Virus record (IMG/VR): IMGVR_UViG_3300024279_000009
Span: 1 to 63,449 of that record
Direction: 5' to 3' (one strand)
Length of the DNA: 63,449 nt
From: a virus
Taxonomy: Duplodnaviria; Caudoviricetes
Shown here in pieces: positions 35,717-46,015 of the stretch. The first letter of the stretch is position 1, and the number at the start of each line of letters is the position of its first letter. Under the pieces are notes generated by a model that saw only the letters and a list, made by a program, of their open reading frames with translations, searched no databases and was not told the origin of the DNA. The translations under genes were made by a program, and so were the position numbers.

Positions 35717-35902
35717 ATGCCAGCAAGCAACGTAATGCCCAAATTTCGCAAGCAGCGCCTTCATAGCGGGTCGAAGACTGGGCCGCTCGTGACGAACCCG
35801 AAGCAGGCAAAAGCTATTCAGATCAACGAGGCCCGTGATGAAGGATACGACATTCCTCAACCGAAGCGGGCAGCGATCAAGAAAGCAAGTCTCAAGAGGT
35901 AA
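35717..35902 (+). CDS. Small basic protein (DUF6496-like)
   Basis: VMPKF...LHSGSKTGPLVTNPKQAKAI motif; AGGAGG site. Confidence 0.75.
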   Translation: MPASNVMPKFRKQRLHSGSKTGPLVTNPKQAKAIQINEARDEGYDIPQPKRAAIKKASLKR

Positions 35903-35905
35903 AGT

Positions 35906-37252
35906 GTGGCGTACTCGTACATCTCGTTCTTGGCCGCGAAGACACGTCTCGCGCAGCGCATGTACGATGCGACGAAGCAGTTCTTTGCTGATGCCGAATT
36001 GGGATCGTACGTCAACGAGTCGCTTCAGACTTTCAACGCTCTAGCTAATTCCCAACGTGCAGAGTTTACTTTTCTCTCTTCCTTCCCTCAGACATGGTAC
36101 GACTTGACGACCGTGGCGAACACGCTTCGCCCGATGACAGTTACGGATACCGACGTCCTGGAAATCCTGGAATATCATCTGCTCGAGCCACTGACGAGCA
36201 CCTACCCGCTGACTTGGGCCGGATCAAGCCAGTTCACATTGGCCGATCTTCTGAATGCGATTCAGCAGATGCGGGACCAACTGCTATCAGAAAGCTCCTG
36301 CACGCTGACTCAGCAACTTGTCCCTTCGGTTCCGGGCAGGACGTTTCTGAACGACCGAGTGCTGGACATTCGGCGCGTCTGTTGGCTTCCGCAGTCTGGA
36401 CTTGGTTACAGCGCGAACTGCCTCTTGCCGGGAGACACGTGGGCGGCACAGTCTTTCGAAGCCGGGTTCCCTCAGCAGGTTCCTGGAACGCCTAATCTGT
36501 GGATCCGGTCAACGCAGCCTCCGTTGAGCTTCGACGTGGACATTCAGCCGGGAGCACCAGGAAACTACGACATCCTCACAGTGGACGCTGGAACAGCTCT
36601 CTCGGATACGACGGCCACGGTTTTGCCGATCCCGAATGACTGGGTCTGGGTGCTCAAGTGGGGAGCGCTGGCGAACCTGTTGAGCCGGGACACCACGTCG
36701 CGGGATGTTTACCGAGCGAGTTATTGCCAAGCTCGATACCTGCACGGGGTGGCAGCCTTGATGAAAGCGCCGGCGCTACTGGCCGCGCGCATCAACGACG
36801 TTCCGGTAAGCGTAGATGCCGTCAGGGAAGGAGACCTGTACCGCGCCAACTGGCAAGGATTGACGTCGGCCGCACCGGACGCTGTTTACTATGCCGGTCT
36901 GAACATGGTAGCTTTGGTGCCGTCTCCCGACTCAACAGCCTATGACGTGACGGCTAGCGTGGTCCAAAACATGCCACTCCCGTCAGCCGACGCCGACCAG
37001 ATCCAGCTTGGGCGAGATGACCTAGAAGCGGTCTTGGACTATGCCCAGCATGTTGCCACTTTCAAGTGCGGCGGCGCGGAGTTCCTGGAGACAATTCCTC
37101 TGCTCCAGGGGTTCCTGCGTCGGTGTGGCCTGTTCAACTCGAAACTGGAGGCAATCTTGCCCTACAAGGAGATGCTGTACGGGCGTTCCCAGGAAGAGCG
37201 ATCGGTGAATCCAGTGTTCCAATCCGACAGCCCGGAGGACAGCCGTGGCTGA
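35906..37252 (+). CDS. Second adaptor/tail tubular protein (tandem adaptor-like repeats)
   Basis: FFADAELGSYVNES and FTLADLLNAIQQ repeats; precedes the nozzle. Confidence 0.7.
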   Translation: MAYSYISFLAAKTRLAQRMYDATKQFFADAELGSYVNESLQTFNALANSQRAEFTFLSSFPQTWYDLTTVANTLRPMTVTDTDVLEILEYHLLEPLTSTYPLTWAGSSQFTLADLLNAIQQMRDQLLSESSCTLTQQLVPSVPGRTFLNDRVLDIRRVCWLPQSGLGYSANCLLPGDTWAAQSFEAGFPQQVPGTPNLWIRSTQPPLSFDVDIQPGAPGNYDILTVDAGTALSDTTATVLPIPNDWVWVLKWGALANLLSRDTTSRDVYRASYCQARYLHGVAALMKAPALLAARINDVPVSVDAVREGDLYRANWQGLTSAAPDAVYYAGLNMVALVPSPDSTAYDVTASVVQNMPLPSADADQIQLGRDDLEAVLDYAQHVATFKCGGAEFLETIPLLQGFLRRCGLFNSKLEAILPYKEMLYGRSQEERSVNPVFQSDSPEDSRG

Positions 37253-40200
37253 CAAGAAGCGAGAACTGTGGCGCTGTAACTTCCGGGGATTGAATACCCG
37301 TTCGTCTGCGGATTCGATACCGCCGACGAAGTTTCCTGTAGCCCAGAACATTCGGGCGGCCGGAGACACGAGCGTCAAGACTCGGCCTGGCTACGTGTTC
37401 TCGTTCAACTGTGATTCCGGTTCTTCAGGAACGTCGGTAGGGGGGCACGTCACCGACCTTCGGGCCTATGCCACCCTCCTGACGGATAACAAGCCGCGGA
37501 TCATCGCCCACGATTCGAGCGGCGCCATCTTCCTGGATACCGGAGTCCAGGTGGGTCGGGTGGGCACCGGTGGGACCGGGGCATCCCTAATCCCCTACCG
37601 TCCCAGCCAAAGCCCGCAATCTTGGATGTATGCTGCCAATGCCACAGGGTACCAGAAATACTCGGCGCCGACCGCGGCCAATGTGGTCACAGAGCAAAAG
37701 GTGGGGATTGCCGAGCCTCAGTCGGCTCCAGAGGCCTGCCCGGACGGGGCGCAATACAACGACTTCACTTCCACGTTCAACAACTGGACGCCCGCGGGAA
37801 GCTCGCCGGCTGGCGCGACGGCGGCTGCCACGCGCTCCACGGACACCGTAGCAGCCATCTTCCAGGATCCGGCCAGCGTATCCCCTGTGACTAAGACGCG
37901 ATACTCGGTCCAGGTAGGGACGACGGCCTACTCGGTCGGGGAAACCCTGACGTTCAACAAGAGCAGCGGCGGGACGGTTGATTCCCAGGTGGAGGAGGTA
38001 CTTCCTCCGATCAACGGAGGAACGGCGCTGACGGTCGTTTCGATCTTCTACCTCAGTGGAGTCAACGGGTCGTGCATCGTTGTTCCGTCTCAGCAGCCGG
38101 TCGGTGATCCCTCGTTCCTTCCTGGGCAGGTGGCTGGATTGGTACGTGGTTCCCTTGTTCAGATCGGTAGCGAAGTAGTGTTGGTTCTAAACGTTACGGC
38201 TGGACCGCAAGGTGGTATCGCCTTCGAATGCTCAACAGTGACTCCGCATGTGTTCGGAGAGACAATCGTAGGACAGCCAGCTATTGTCTGTTCGGGCATC
38301 TCTTCCTTGGTGGTCGGTCAGGCAGTGACGGCGGCGGAGATCACCTCTACTATCCCGGTTGGCACTGGGACTTTGACGCAGACGTTAGGCACTAACCCAT
38401 TTAACTTGGCAATTGGCTCTCGCGGGACGCCGCAGGCGGATGACTTTATCCATATCTCGATCCAAGTTGACGATGCCACTAAGGTAACGTCGTTGAAGAT
38501 TCTGTTTGACGTAGGGGATGGATCGTTTACCAAGAACGTCCTGTACTACTCGGTTCCTGTCAGTTCGATTCAGACGGCGTCTCAATGGACAGAAGTGTTG
38601 TTCTCGATAGCTGATCTAGTACGGATCGGCAACGACCAGACCAAGACTCTTGCTAACTGTGTGAAAGTACAGATCTCGGCGGTTGTCAGCGCTACAGTGG
38701 CCTTTGGTTTCGGTTCCCTATGGGTGGGTGGCGGTGGGCAGCCTGACGTTGGTGACGCCGGGGCACCGTATATCTATCGGGTGCGTCCTCGGTCATCGAT
38801 CACAGGGGCCAAGGGGAACCCGTCTCCCGAGATGCGTTACGGCGTCCTGCCGCGGCGCCAGCCGGTCATCCTGTCTTTGCCTTCGGCCTCCTACGACACT
38901 CAGATTGACACGTGGGACATCTTCAGGTATGGCGGGACAGTGACGTCCTGGAGGATGGTCGGGTCAACGACGTCGTCGGCCACCACGTTCACCGACAACG
39001 TCTTCGACGATTCGGCGCTGGCCGGGGAACTACTGAGCTTTGATAACTTCGAGCCGTGGCCCAGCGTGGACGTGCCGTACTCACAGACAGTTCTGGACGG
39101 GGTGTTGAACTTCCTGACGATCTACGGGACGGCCATACTGGTAGAGGCCAATTCCTACCCCGCCAATATCGGTAGGTGGTTGCCGGGAACCTTCATCACC
39201 CTGGACGGACAACTGACTTACACGCTCTGGAACAGGCCAATCCAGGTGGGTAGCGCATGGCTCCTACGAATCGTTGAAGATGCTGGTACCACAGTGGTAA
39301 GCACTATCAGCGTCAACGAGCCGAACATCGCCAATCAGAAGAATCCCTACGTCTGGGGACCGGACGCTAACGGAGTGGTCTTTGGCGCCGGGGATCCACT
39401 CCGGCCCGGGGCGCTCTACTCGTCAACTCAGTTCTCCCCCGACACGACGCCGAACAACATCTACGACCTGACGCCTCCTTCTGAGCCGCTGTTGGGTGGC
39501 GAGGTTATTGACGGGCTGTCCCTAGTGGCTTCCTCGGAACGCTGGTGGGCGCTTCAGTCGGCTTTTGCCTTCCCGCAACGCTGGAACCCTATCGAGATGC
39601 CGGCCGGCCGCGGCCTGGCTTCCCCTTGGGGACACTGCACGGATGGCCGGCTGGTCTACTTCGTGGCGAAGGACGGCATCTACTCGATGCCTCCGCTCGG
39701 GATTGCCTCTTCTTTGACGGATGCAGACCTTTACAACCTTTTCCCGCATAATGGGATTGCCGGTAAGGATTCGACCTACGCGGGATTCATCACATACGCC
39801 CCGGACTATTCGCGCGCGGCGGAATTCAGGTTGGCGATCGTCAATTCCCTGCTGAAGTTCAACTATCTCGATTCGAGCGGTCTGCGGCGATGCTTGGTCT
39901 GTGATCTGTCGCTGGACGGGCAGGGACAGCGCCGGATGGCATGGTCGAGCGACGTGTACCGCGATCCTATGACCTGTTCCTATCAGCCGGAACAGCCGGA
40001 AGGGACGCTGGCGACTTCGACGCAGTTCTATCCCCAGAGCTACATGGGGGACATCAACGGCAACGTCTGGATCGAGCAAGGGCTGACGAACGATGGCGGG
40101 AACGGGCCTGACGGAATTGTCATCAACGGCGGGCTGAGTACCTTCGAGTGGGATGGCGGGGACTTGCGGCAGGACAAGAATTTCGTTGATGGTTTTGTTG

Positions 40201-41084
40201 ACTTGTTGCCAGCGGCTCATACTGGGACTGGTATTCAGCCCGTCACGAATGGAGTTGCTGTCGCCGGATCCACTACGGTTGCGAGTGGGCCGCGCCAGCA
40301 ACAGATCGTTTCCGTTGGCGGGATCATCTCGCAGAACTACCTCGGGTTCTTGATTTCCTGGCACGATGACTTCTCTGTCCAGACGGTTGCGACGGAAATC
40401 AACGGTTGGGAGTTCGACTACATTCCGCAGCCAGTCACGACGGAGGATGCGTTCCTGGATTGGGACGATGCTGGAACTCCAGCGGCGAAGTTCTTCCAAG
40501 GATTCATCCTCACTGCCGACACCTTCAACGCTCCTAAGAACGTTCTGGTGCGTAACGGAGATACGCTGGTAGCGGCCGAGACGTTCTCGTGCGTTCACAA
40601 CGGGCAGCAAGCGATCGCGTATTCCTTCGCTACTCCGTTCATCGCGCATCTGGTTCGCATTGAGCCACAGGAGTTCATTGACTGGAAGATTTACGCGATC
40701 ACTTGGATTTTCCAGCCGACGCCGGAAGTGGGAACCACCTGGAAGACGCAGCCGACGACGCACGGGATGACTGGCTTCCACCACATTCGCAAGCTGGTTT
40801 GGGCGTACAAGGCTGATGCCGATGTGACGCTGACAATCACGGCGGATGATGGAACTTCTCCAGCGGCAATCACTTTGCCGAGTACGGGCGGGGCGTCTCG
40901 GAAGGTGGAGTTCGTGCCGACGTTCAACAAGGGGCGCATGTTCACCTATTCTGGTGTGAGCACTGGGAACTGGGCTGCGTTGCTGGACAAGTGCGAGATT
41001 CACGTTGGCGACTGGGAGCGCAACGGAAACTACTCAATTTACAGAAACCTCGGAGGCGAGGCCGGCGATCAAGCCCGCGTCTAG
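37245..41084 (+). CDS. Tail nozzle / tubular protein B-like
   Basis: 1279 aa, beta-rich; NFRGLN...AQNIR..KTRPG start; GLASPWG..VYFVAKDGIY propeller pattern. Confidence 0.75.
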   Translation: MADKKRELWRCNFRGLNTRSSADSIPPTKFPVAQNIRAAGDTSVKTRPGYVFSFNCDSGSSGTSVGGHVTDLRAYATLLTDNKPRIIAHDSSGAIFLDTGVQVGRVGTGGTGASLIPYRPSQSPQSWMYAANATGYQKYSAPTAANVVTEQKVGIAEPQSAPEACPDGAQYNDFTSTFNNWTPAGSSPAGATAAATRSTDTVAAIFQDPASVSPVTKTRYSVQVGTTAYSVGETLTFNKSSGGTVDSQVEEVLPPINGGTALTVVSIFYLSGVNGSCIVVPSQQPVGDPSFLPGQVAGLVRGSLVQIGSEVVLVLNVTAGPQGGIAFECSTVTPHVFGETIVGQPAIVCSGISSLVVGQAVTAAEITSTIPVGTGTLTQTLGTNPFNLAIGSRGTPQADDFIHISIQVDDATKVTSLKILFDVGDGSFTKNVLYYSVPVSSIQTASQWTEVLFSIADLVRIGNDQTKTLANCVKVQISAVVSATVAFGFGSLWVGGGGQPDVGDAGAPYIYRVRPRSSITGAKGNPSPEMRYGVLPRRQPVILSLPSASYDTQIDTWDIFRYGGTVTSWRMVGSTTSSATTFTDNVFDDSALAGELLSFDNFEPWPSVDVPYSQTVLDGVLNFLTIYGTAILVEANSYPANIGRWLPGTFITLDGQLTYTLWNRPIQVGSAWLLRIVEDAGTTVVSTISVNEPNIANQKNPYVWGPDANGVVFGAGDPLRPGALYSSTQFSPDTTPNNIYDLTPPSEPLLGGEVIDGLSLVASSERWWALQSAFAFPQRWNPIEMPAGRGLASPWGHCTDGRLVYFVAKDGIYSMPPLGIASSLTDADLYNLFPHNGIAGKDSTYAGFITYAPDYSRAAEFRLAIVNSLLKFNYLDSSGLRRCLVCDLSLDGQGQRRMAWSSDVYRDPMTCSYQPEQPEGTLATSTQFYPQSYMGDINGNVWIEQGLTNDGGNGPDGIVINGGLSTFEWDGGDLRQDKNFVDGFVDLLPAAHTGTGIQPVTNGVAVAGSTTVASGPRQQQIVSVGGIISQNYLGFLISWHDDFSVQTVATEINGWEFDYIPQPVTTEDAFLDWDDAGTPAAKFFQGFILTADTFNAPKNVLVRNGDTLVAAETFSCVHNGQQAIAYSFATPFIAHLVRIEPQEFIDWKIYAITWIFQPTPEVGTTWKTQPTTHGMTGFHHIRKLVWAYKADADVTLTITADDGTSPAAITLPSTGGASRKVEFVPTFNKGRMFTYSGVSTGNWAALLDKCEIHVGDWERNGNYSIYRNLGGEAGDQARV

Positions 41085-41086
41085 AT

Positions 41087-41314
41087 ATGGCAGATCAAGA
41101 CAAGCCGATTTCGTATGCCGTCAAAGTATCGGATGAGGCTGGACCGAACACAGACAAGAAGCTCCGTGAGGTTATTGACGAAGCGAATCGCCTGAAGGCT
41201 CCGCTGGTTGAGGCTCACTCGATGCCAGTGGCTAAGATTACGCCGGGGGGAGTGAACGGCTTCATCCAGTGGGGAGCGGATGGCAGGATAGTGGATTTCA
41301 GGGACCCAACTTAG
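41087..41314 (+). CDS. Small tail protein
   Basis: AKITPGGVNGFIQW motif; follows the nozzle. Confidence 0.6.
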   Translation: MADQDKPISYAVKVSDEAGPNTDKKLREVIDEANRLKAPLVEAHSMPVAKITPGGVNGFIQWGADGRIVDFRDPT

Positions 41315-41321
41315 GTGTACA

Positions 41322-41726
41322 ATGCGGACAGTGCCGAAACAAATGCTGAACGTGACATTTCGCTGGCTGGAAGGCGACGACATCAAGCAGATCGAGCCGC
41401 GCCTCGCTGCCCGTGGTTGGGCCAGCCTGAATCCGCAGACAAGTCGTGTCCTGGCGGCCTACGATGAGAACGATCAACTGATCGGGTTCAACGTCTGTCA
41501 GTTGATGCCCTACTTGGGCCCGGCTGAGATTGACCGCGAGTGGTACGGTAGTGGACTGATGGAAGAAATGGCCGACCACATGCACGAGGAGTTGAGCCTG
41601 CTTCGGACACGGGGAGTAATCCTAGTGGCTGACAACCCGATAGTGGCGAAGGTGGCAGCGGATCACGGAATGACCAAAGTGGACTCGCCAGTGTTTTTCA
41701 AGGTCGGAGACGAGAACGGAGTTTAA
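41322..41726 (+). CDS. GNAT-fold protein preceding the ejection genes (start may be GTG 41331)
   Basis: VLAAYDENDQLIGF and IDREWYGSGLME acetyltransferase-like motifs. Confidence 0.6.
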   Translation: MRTVPKQMLNVTFRWLEGDDIKQIEPRLAARGWASLNPQTSRVLAAYDENDQLIGFNVCQLMPYLGPAEIDREWYGSGLMEEMADHMHEELSLLRTRGVILVADNPIVAKVAADHGMTKVDSPVFFKVGDENGV

Positions 41727-41728
41727 TC

Positions 41729-42370
41729 ATGGGCGGCTTCCTCGGTTTCGGAAATTCGGCTTCGAAAACAGATCGGGCAAACCAGCTTCAGGCATTCTCC
41801 GACCTTGGCAAAGTCACGGGGATGGCGACGGATGCGGCTCCAGCACTAGGGGCTAGCGGAGCGTCAGAGAAAGCTCTTGGCCTTGAGCAGAAGGCCACTG
41901 GCCTGAGCGATCTTGACAAGGCGCGCGCCTATTGGTCAACGCTGCTAAGCGGCAATCGCCAACAGACGGCGGCAGCGGTAGCTCCAGCGGCGAACGCGGC
42001 GGTAGCGCAGGCGGATGCGGCTAAGAGGCAGATGGCGACATTAGGGACGGGAAGGACCGGAGGTGGTGTTGCCGGAGCACAGCAGATTGACGATAATGTG
42101 CGTTCCCAGATTGACACGTTGATAGGGGCTGCCAAGCCAGCAGCGGCATCGCACATAGAAGGGATCGGCGTAGACACGGCCAACATCGGTGCGAACACGG
42201 CGGCGATCGGAGCGGCTGACATTCAGGCCATGCTGCAAGCTCTGAACATCGGGGAGACGGCGGCGGCGAATCGCGGGCAGTTGGCCGGGAACGCCAAGAC
42301 GGCGGATCAGAAGTTTGAAGCGCAACGAGCGCAGCAGATAGCTCAGATTTTGCTGGCTGCTCTCACATAG
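41729..42370 (+). CDS. Internal virion / DNA ejection (pilot) protein
   Basis: MGGFLG start; Ala/Gly/Gln-rich helical; podovirus position. Confidence 0.7.
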   Translation: MGGFLGFGNSASKTDRANQLQAFSDLGKVTGMATDAAPALGASGASEKALGLEQKATGLSDLDKARAYWSTLLSGNRQQTAAAVAPAANAAVAQADAAKRQMATLGTGRTGGGVAGAQQIDDNVRSQIDTLIGAAKPAAASHIEGIGVDTANIGANTAAIGAADIQAMLQALNIGETAAANRGQLAGNAKTADQKFEAQRAQQIAQILLAALT

Positions 42371-42377
42371 GAGCATC

Positions 42378-43835
42378 ATGGGCGGATTCTCTGATGTTTT
42401 GTCGGGCGTCGGTCGGGGTCTAGAGCGCGGCGTAGCCGTCGTTGCCGGGGAAGATCCTCGCGGACAGGACCGCCAACGTCAAGAGAAGGCCCGTGAACAG
42501 CAAGCGGCTCTCCTCGAATCTCAAATGACCGGGATAGCGCACAACATCGCTTCCCTGCCGGATGCGGACCCGCGGCGTGCTCCGCTGATGGATAACCTGA
42601 AGCAGGTTTCCCAGCAGTACCGCTCGCTCTACCAGCCACACGAAGCCCCTCAGTTGATCCAGCGCATCCAGAAGTTCATCGGCATCGCTCCCAAGGCACC
42701 AGCACCAATGATGGGGACTGATCCAGAGGCGATGGTTGCGGCGGCGCCACGGCCTGCCGATCCGACAGCACAACTGCAGCGTGTGGTGGATTCACTGCCA
42801 AGCCTGTTTCCGAATGCCACGCCGGAGGAGATGGGGAACCTCAAGAATCTGGTGCTGAAGCACGGATTGGGAATTCCTCCTGAGACACAGACTCCGTTGA
42901 CCGGACGCGCCGGGGAACCCTACGAACTGAAGGACGGCAGTGGATGGGCGGTCCTCGAACGCGACAAATCCGGCAACCTCACAGAGAGGAAGTTGCCGGC
43001 CAATTACCAGCCTCCCCGTGATCCCGCCGATGCTGCCAAAGCAAAGGGCTGGCAGATCGTCAATAATCCGAGTACCGGGGGCATTGAGGGCGTCAAGAAC
43101 CTCGCCACTGGTCAGATCCTCACGAAGTCAAACTATGCTTCCGATCCTGAAGCCAAGCGACTTTGGGAAGATACTGTCGCCCTTCAGAAGGAACAGAACG
43201 ACCGCAAGTTGGAAGAGGAGAAGCGCAGGAACGAGGAGTCTGATCGTCGCTCTGAACGTCAGGCAGCTGTAGCGGAGCACATGGCTCAGCTCCATGCTGA
43301 CATCCAAGAGAAGTCACGGCAGTTAACCGAGAGCAGCAAGATCCCATCGGGAGTTGCCAACCGTGTCTCGCAGGCGGAGATCATCAAGGAACAGGTTGCG
43401 GACCTGCAAAACAAGCTGAAAGACCCAGACATTCGGAAATACATGGGGCCCGTTGTAGGCCAGGCTGGTGGGATTGCTCGACTGTTCTCCAAGAAGATTC
43501 AGAATTTCTTTGCCACGCAGGAATCCTTGGACTCCCTGCTGCCGACTCTTCACGGGTATCGCGGCGGTGTGCAGACACACAAGGTTTTCAAAGACGCGAT
43601 GGGAAACTTGGCGATTGACCCGGACGCCTACCAAGGTACGTTGGACGCCTTGAGCGGACTGGCAGACAACGTCATCAACGAAGTCCAAGCCGAATATCCC
43701 AATGCGCCAATGTTCAAGAGCAAAAAGGCGGCGACTCCGGGTGATTTGAAAGGTAAGGTCAAGGCTGCTACCGCTGCCGTTGATCCCATCGAGAAGGAAA
43801 TTCAGGACGCCTTGTCCAAGGCGAAGAAGAAGTAA
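42378..43835 (+). CDS. Internal virion / ejection protein
   Basis: Helical and charged; second of three consecutive ejection-type genes. Confidence 0.65.
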   Translation: MGGFSDVLSGVGRGLERGVAVVAGEDPRGQDRQRQEKAREQQAALLESQMTGIAHNIASLPDADPRRAPLMDNLKQVSQQYRSLYQPHEAPQLIQRIQKFIGIAPKAPAPMMGTDPEAMVAAAPRPADPTAQLQRVVDSLPSLFPNATPEEMGNLKNLVLKHGLGIPPETQTPLTGRAGEPYELKDGSGWAVLERDKSGNLTERKLPANYQPPRDPADAAKAKGWQIVNNPSTGGIEGVKNLATGQILTKSNYASDPEAKRLWEDTVALQKEQNDRKLEEEKRRNEESDRRSERQAAVAEHMAQLHADIQEKSRQLTESSKIPSGVANRVSQAEIIKEQVADLQNKLKDPDIRKYMGPVVGQAGGIARLFSKKIQNFFATQESLDSLLPTLHGYRGGVQTHKVFKDAMGNLAIDPDAYQGTLDALSGLADNVINEVQAEYPNAPMFKSKKAATPGDLKGKVKAATAAVDPIEKEIQDALSKAKKK

Positions 43836-46015
43836 TGCCCGCAACTGACAGTCTCGATGCTTACCTGGCTCTTTCTCCCGAAGCTCGCCAGAAAGTATTG
43901 AGCGGTCTGTCTCCTGAAGCGCAGCAGCGTTTGCTGACGGCCTATCGAGAGCGCAAGTCGGTAGCTCCTGCCCCACAACCTTCCGCTCCAGCAGTATCCA
44001 TTCCAACAGATCAACCCGGATTCTTTCGTGGTCTGTTGGAGAGGATACTGCCTTCGACCGACATTTCCGACTATGTGGCGGGCCCGGCTTACGCTGTACA
44101 GCATCCGGTGGAATCCGCCAAACTTCTTGCGAGTTCGATTGCTGAAGGTCAAGGCAATGAATTCAAGAAGGGTGTCGAGATATCCAAGCGCCCAATGAGC
44201 CTCGGCAATCTGTCGGAAGCCACTGGCCACTTTGGCGCATCTCTCCTTCCTGTGGTCGGCCCAGCGGCGGCGGCGGCCGGCGAGACGATTGGCGAGGGAG
44301 AGAACATTCCGTATGGTCTAGGGCAGGCTGCTGGCACGGTTGGTTCCGTCGTTGCCCCTGAGTTGGTCGGGAAGGGATTGTCGAAGGTCGGCCAGTTGCG
44401 TAACGTAGCACGGGAAATGGTTCCAACTCTGACGAAGAGCGGCCCTGAAGTGACTACCAAGCCGGTGGTTGAGAAGTACATCGCTGATTCGGCCAAGGCT
44501 ACAGCGGAACATGCCGCGAAGGATGCTGAGGTTACGGCGTCCAATCAACAGACGGTCCAGAGGGCTGCTAACGAGGCTCGCGGTATCAAAGCTGAGTTCG
44601 ACCAGAAGGTGGCGGATGCCGAAGCGGCTCATGCCAGGAAGGTAGCTGAAGCGAATCTCGCCAACCAGGAGGCTGCGCGGATCGCTGCCCGCAAGGAAGA
44701 ACTAGGACAGTCTTTGAAGCAGGGCCATCAACAGGTAGGGGAGAGCATCAAGGAAGCAGATGCCAAACTGCGTGTCGAGGGAAACGAGAAGTATGATGCG
44801 GTGCGGCAGGCAACAGCGAACGATCCCGGAGAGGGCCTGTCGGGTGTCGTGGAACACGCCGAGAAGAACATCCTGAAGGGATCGCCGGAGAGCATCAAGA
44901 CGTTCAAGGGGATCATGGATGCTACCGGGGAAGGGGCTGAGCTTCCGAAGGTTCAAGGGATGACGCCGGAAGAAATAATGGCGCACAATCCGAAGATGTA
45001 CGAGATCCTCAAGCAGCAGGGGATTATCGGTGAATCGGGGAAGATTCCATTCGATCAGTTGCAGGGATTCTCCTCAGAGTTGGGTGCCAAGTTGGCGTCT
45101 GGGAACTTGGCTGGCGATGTTTACCAAGCCATGAAGTACGTAAAGGAAAAGGTCGATGCAGCGAAGGCAGCGATTGCGGAGCGCAATGGGGTGGGTCCGG
45201 CTCTTGCCGATGCTGACCATTTCTGGCGCAACTACATGGACACGTTCTACGACAAGGACAGCGCTGTAGCGAAGGTCCGTGGCAACGTTGGCGTGAAAGA
45301 TCCGCAGTTCTACGCGGAGCCATTCACTACCGGTAAGTCTGCGGAGGTTGGCGCGGCTAAGTTGCGGGCCATTCAATCTCGCCATGCTGCTGATCTTGCC
45401 CAGATTGCCGATCGCGCGCTTGAGCTTCGAAAGACTCACGGTGAACTGAAGGGGATGCCGAACCCCAAGCCAGTAGAGGTCCCGGAACCTCCAAAGCCGA
45501 TTCCTCAACCGAAACAGGTTGCGGTGCAGTTGAAGGAGCGTCCGACATTGGAATCTCCAGCACCGCCTACCGTAGAGGACATCGCAGATCTTAAGAAGCA
45601 GGCGGCCAGCAACATGGGAACGAACATGGCTGCCCTGAAACCACGTGATCTTCACTATCTGGGATATTCCGGCATCGCCTTCATGACGGGCCATCCAGCC
45701 GGGGTAATCCTTGGTCCTTTGATGTTCGCGGCCGAGAAGGGACTTGGACGTGCCCTGAATCGTCCTGCGGTTCTCAACTGGATCGGTCACACGTTCACGG
45801 AGGGAGACTTGGCTGAGATCGCCAAGTTGCCGGAGCCAGTCCAGGGACAACTCCGGGCCAACCTTCAAAATCTGATCGATCAGGAAGCAGCCAAAGGAAA
45901 GCCTCCGGTTGTGGCTCCGGCTGTGGCGCGTGCGATCGGCCTGACCGCAGCGGCTCAGAAGATCCCATCTACCCGCAGCGAGGCTCTTGACAGGCTCCAA
46001 TCCGTCCAGCCGTGA
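43835..46015 (+). CDS. Internal virion / ejection protein
   Basis: Large Ala-rich helical protein with Gly-rich hydrophobic segments. Confidence 0.65.
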   Translation: MPATDSLDAYLALSPEARQKVLSGLSPEAQQRLLTAYRERKSVAPAPQPSAPAVSIPTDQPGFFRGLLERILPSTDISDYVAGPAYAVQHPVESAKLLASSIAEGQGNEFKKGVEISKRPMSLGNLSEATGHFGASLLPVVGPAAAAAGETIGEGENIPYGLGQAAGTVGSVVAPELVGKGLSKVGQLRNVAREMVPTLTKSGPEVTTKPVVEKYIADSAKATAEHAAKDAEVTASNQQTVQRAANEARGIKAEFDQKVADAEAAHARKVAEANLANQEAARIAARKEELGQSLKQGHQQVGESIKEADAKLRVEGNEKYDAVRQATANDPGEGLSGVVEHAEKNILKGSPESIKTFKGIMDATGEGAELPKVQGMTPEEIMAHNPKMYEILKQQGIIGESGKIPFDQLQGFSSELGAKLASGNLAGDVYQAMKYVKEKVDAAKAAIAERNGVGPALADADHFWRNYMDTFYDKDSAVAKVRGNVGVKDPQFYAEPFTTGKSAEVGAAKLRAIQSRHAADLAQIADRALELRKTHGELKGMPNPKPVEVPEPPKPIPQPKQVAVQLKERPTLESPAPPTVEDIADLKKQAASNMGTNMAALKPRDLHYLGYSGIAFMTGHPAGVILGPLMFAAEKGLGRALNRPAVLNWIGHTFTEGDLAEIAKLPEPVQGQLRANLQNLIDQEAAKGKPPVVAPAVARAIGLTAAAQKIPSTRSEALDRLQSVQP

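Noticed and set aside
39522-41003. 493-aa minus-strand ORF (and similar ones such as 45074..46000)
   Set aside because: Antisense shadow of a GC3-biased gene; no motifs.
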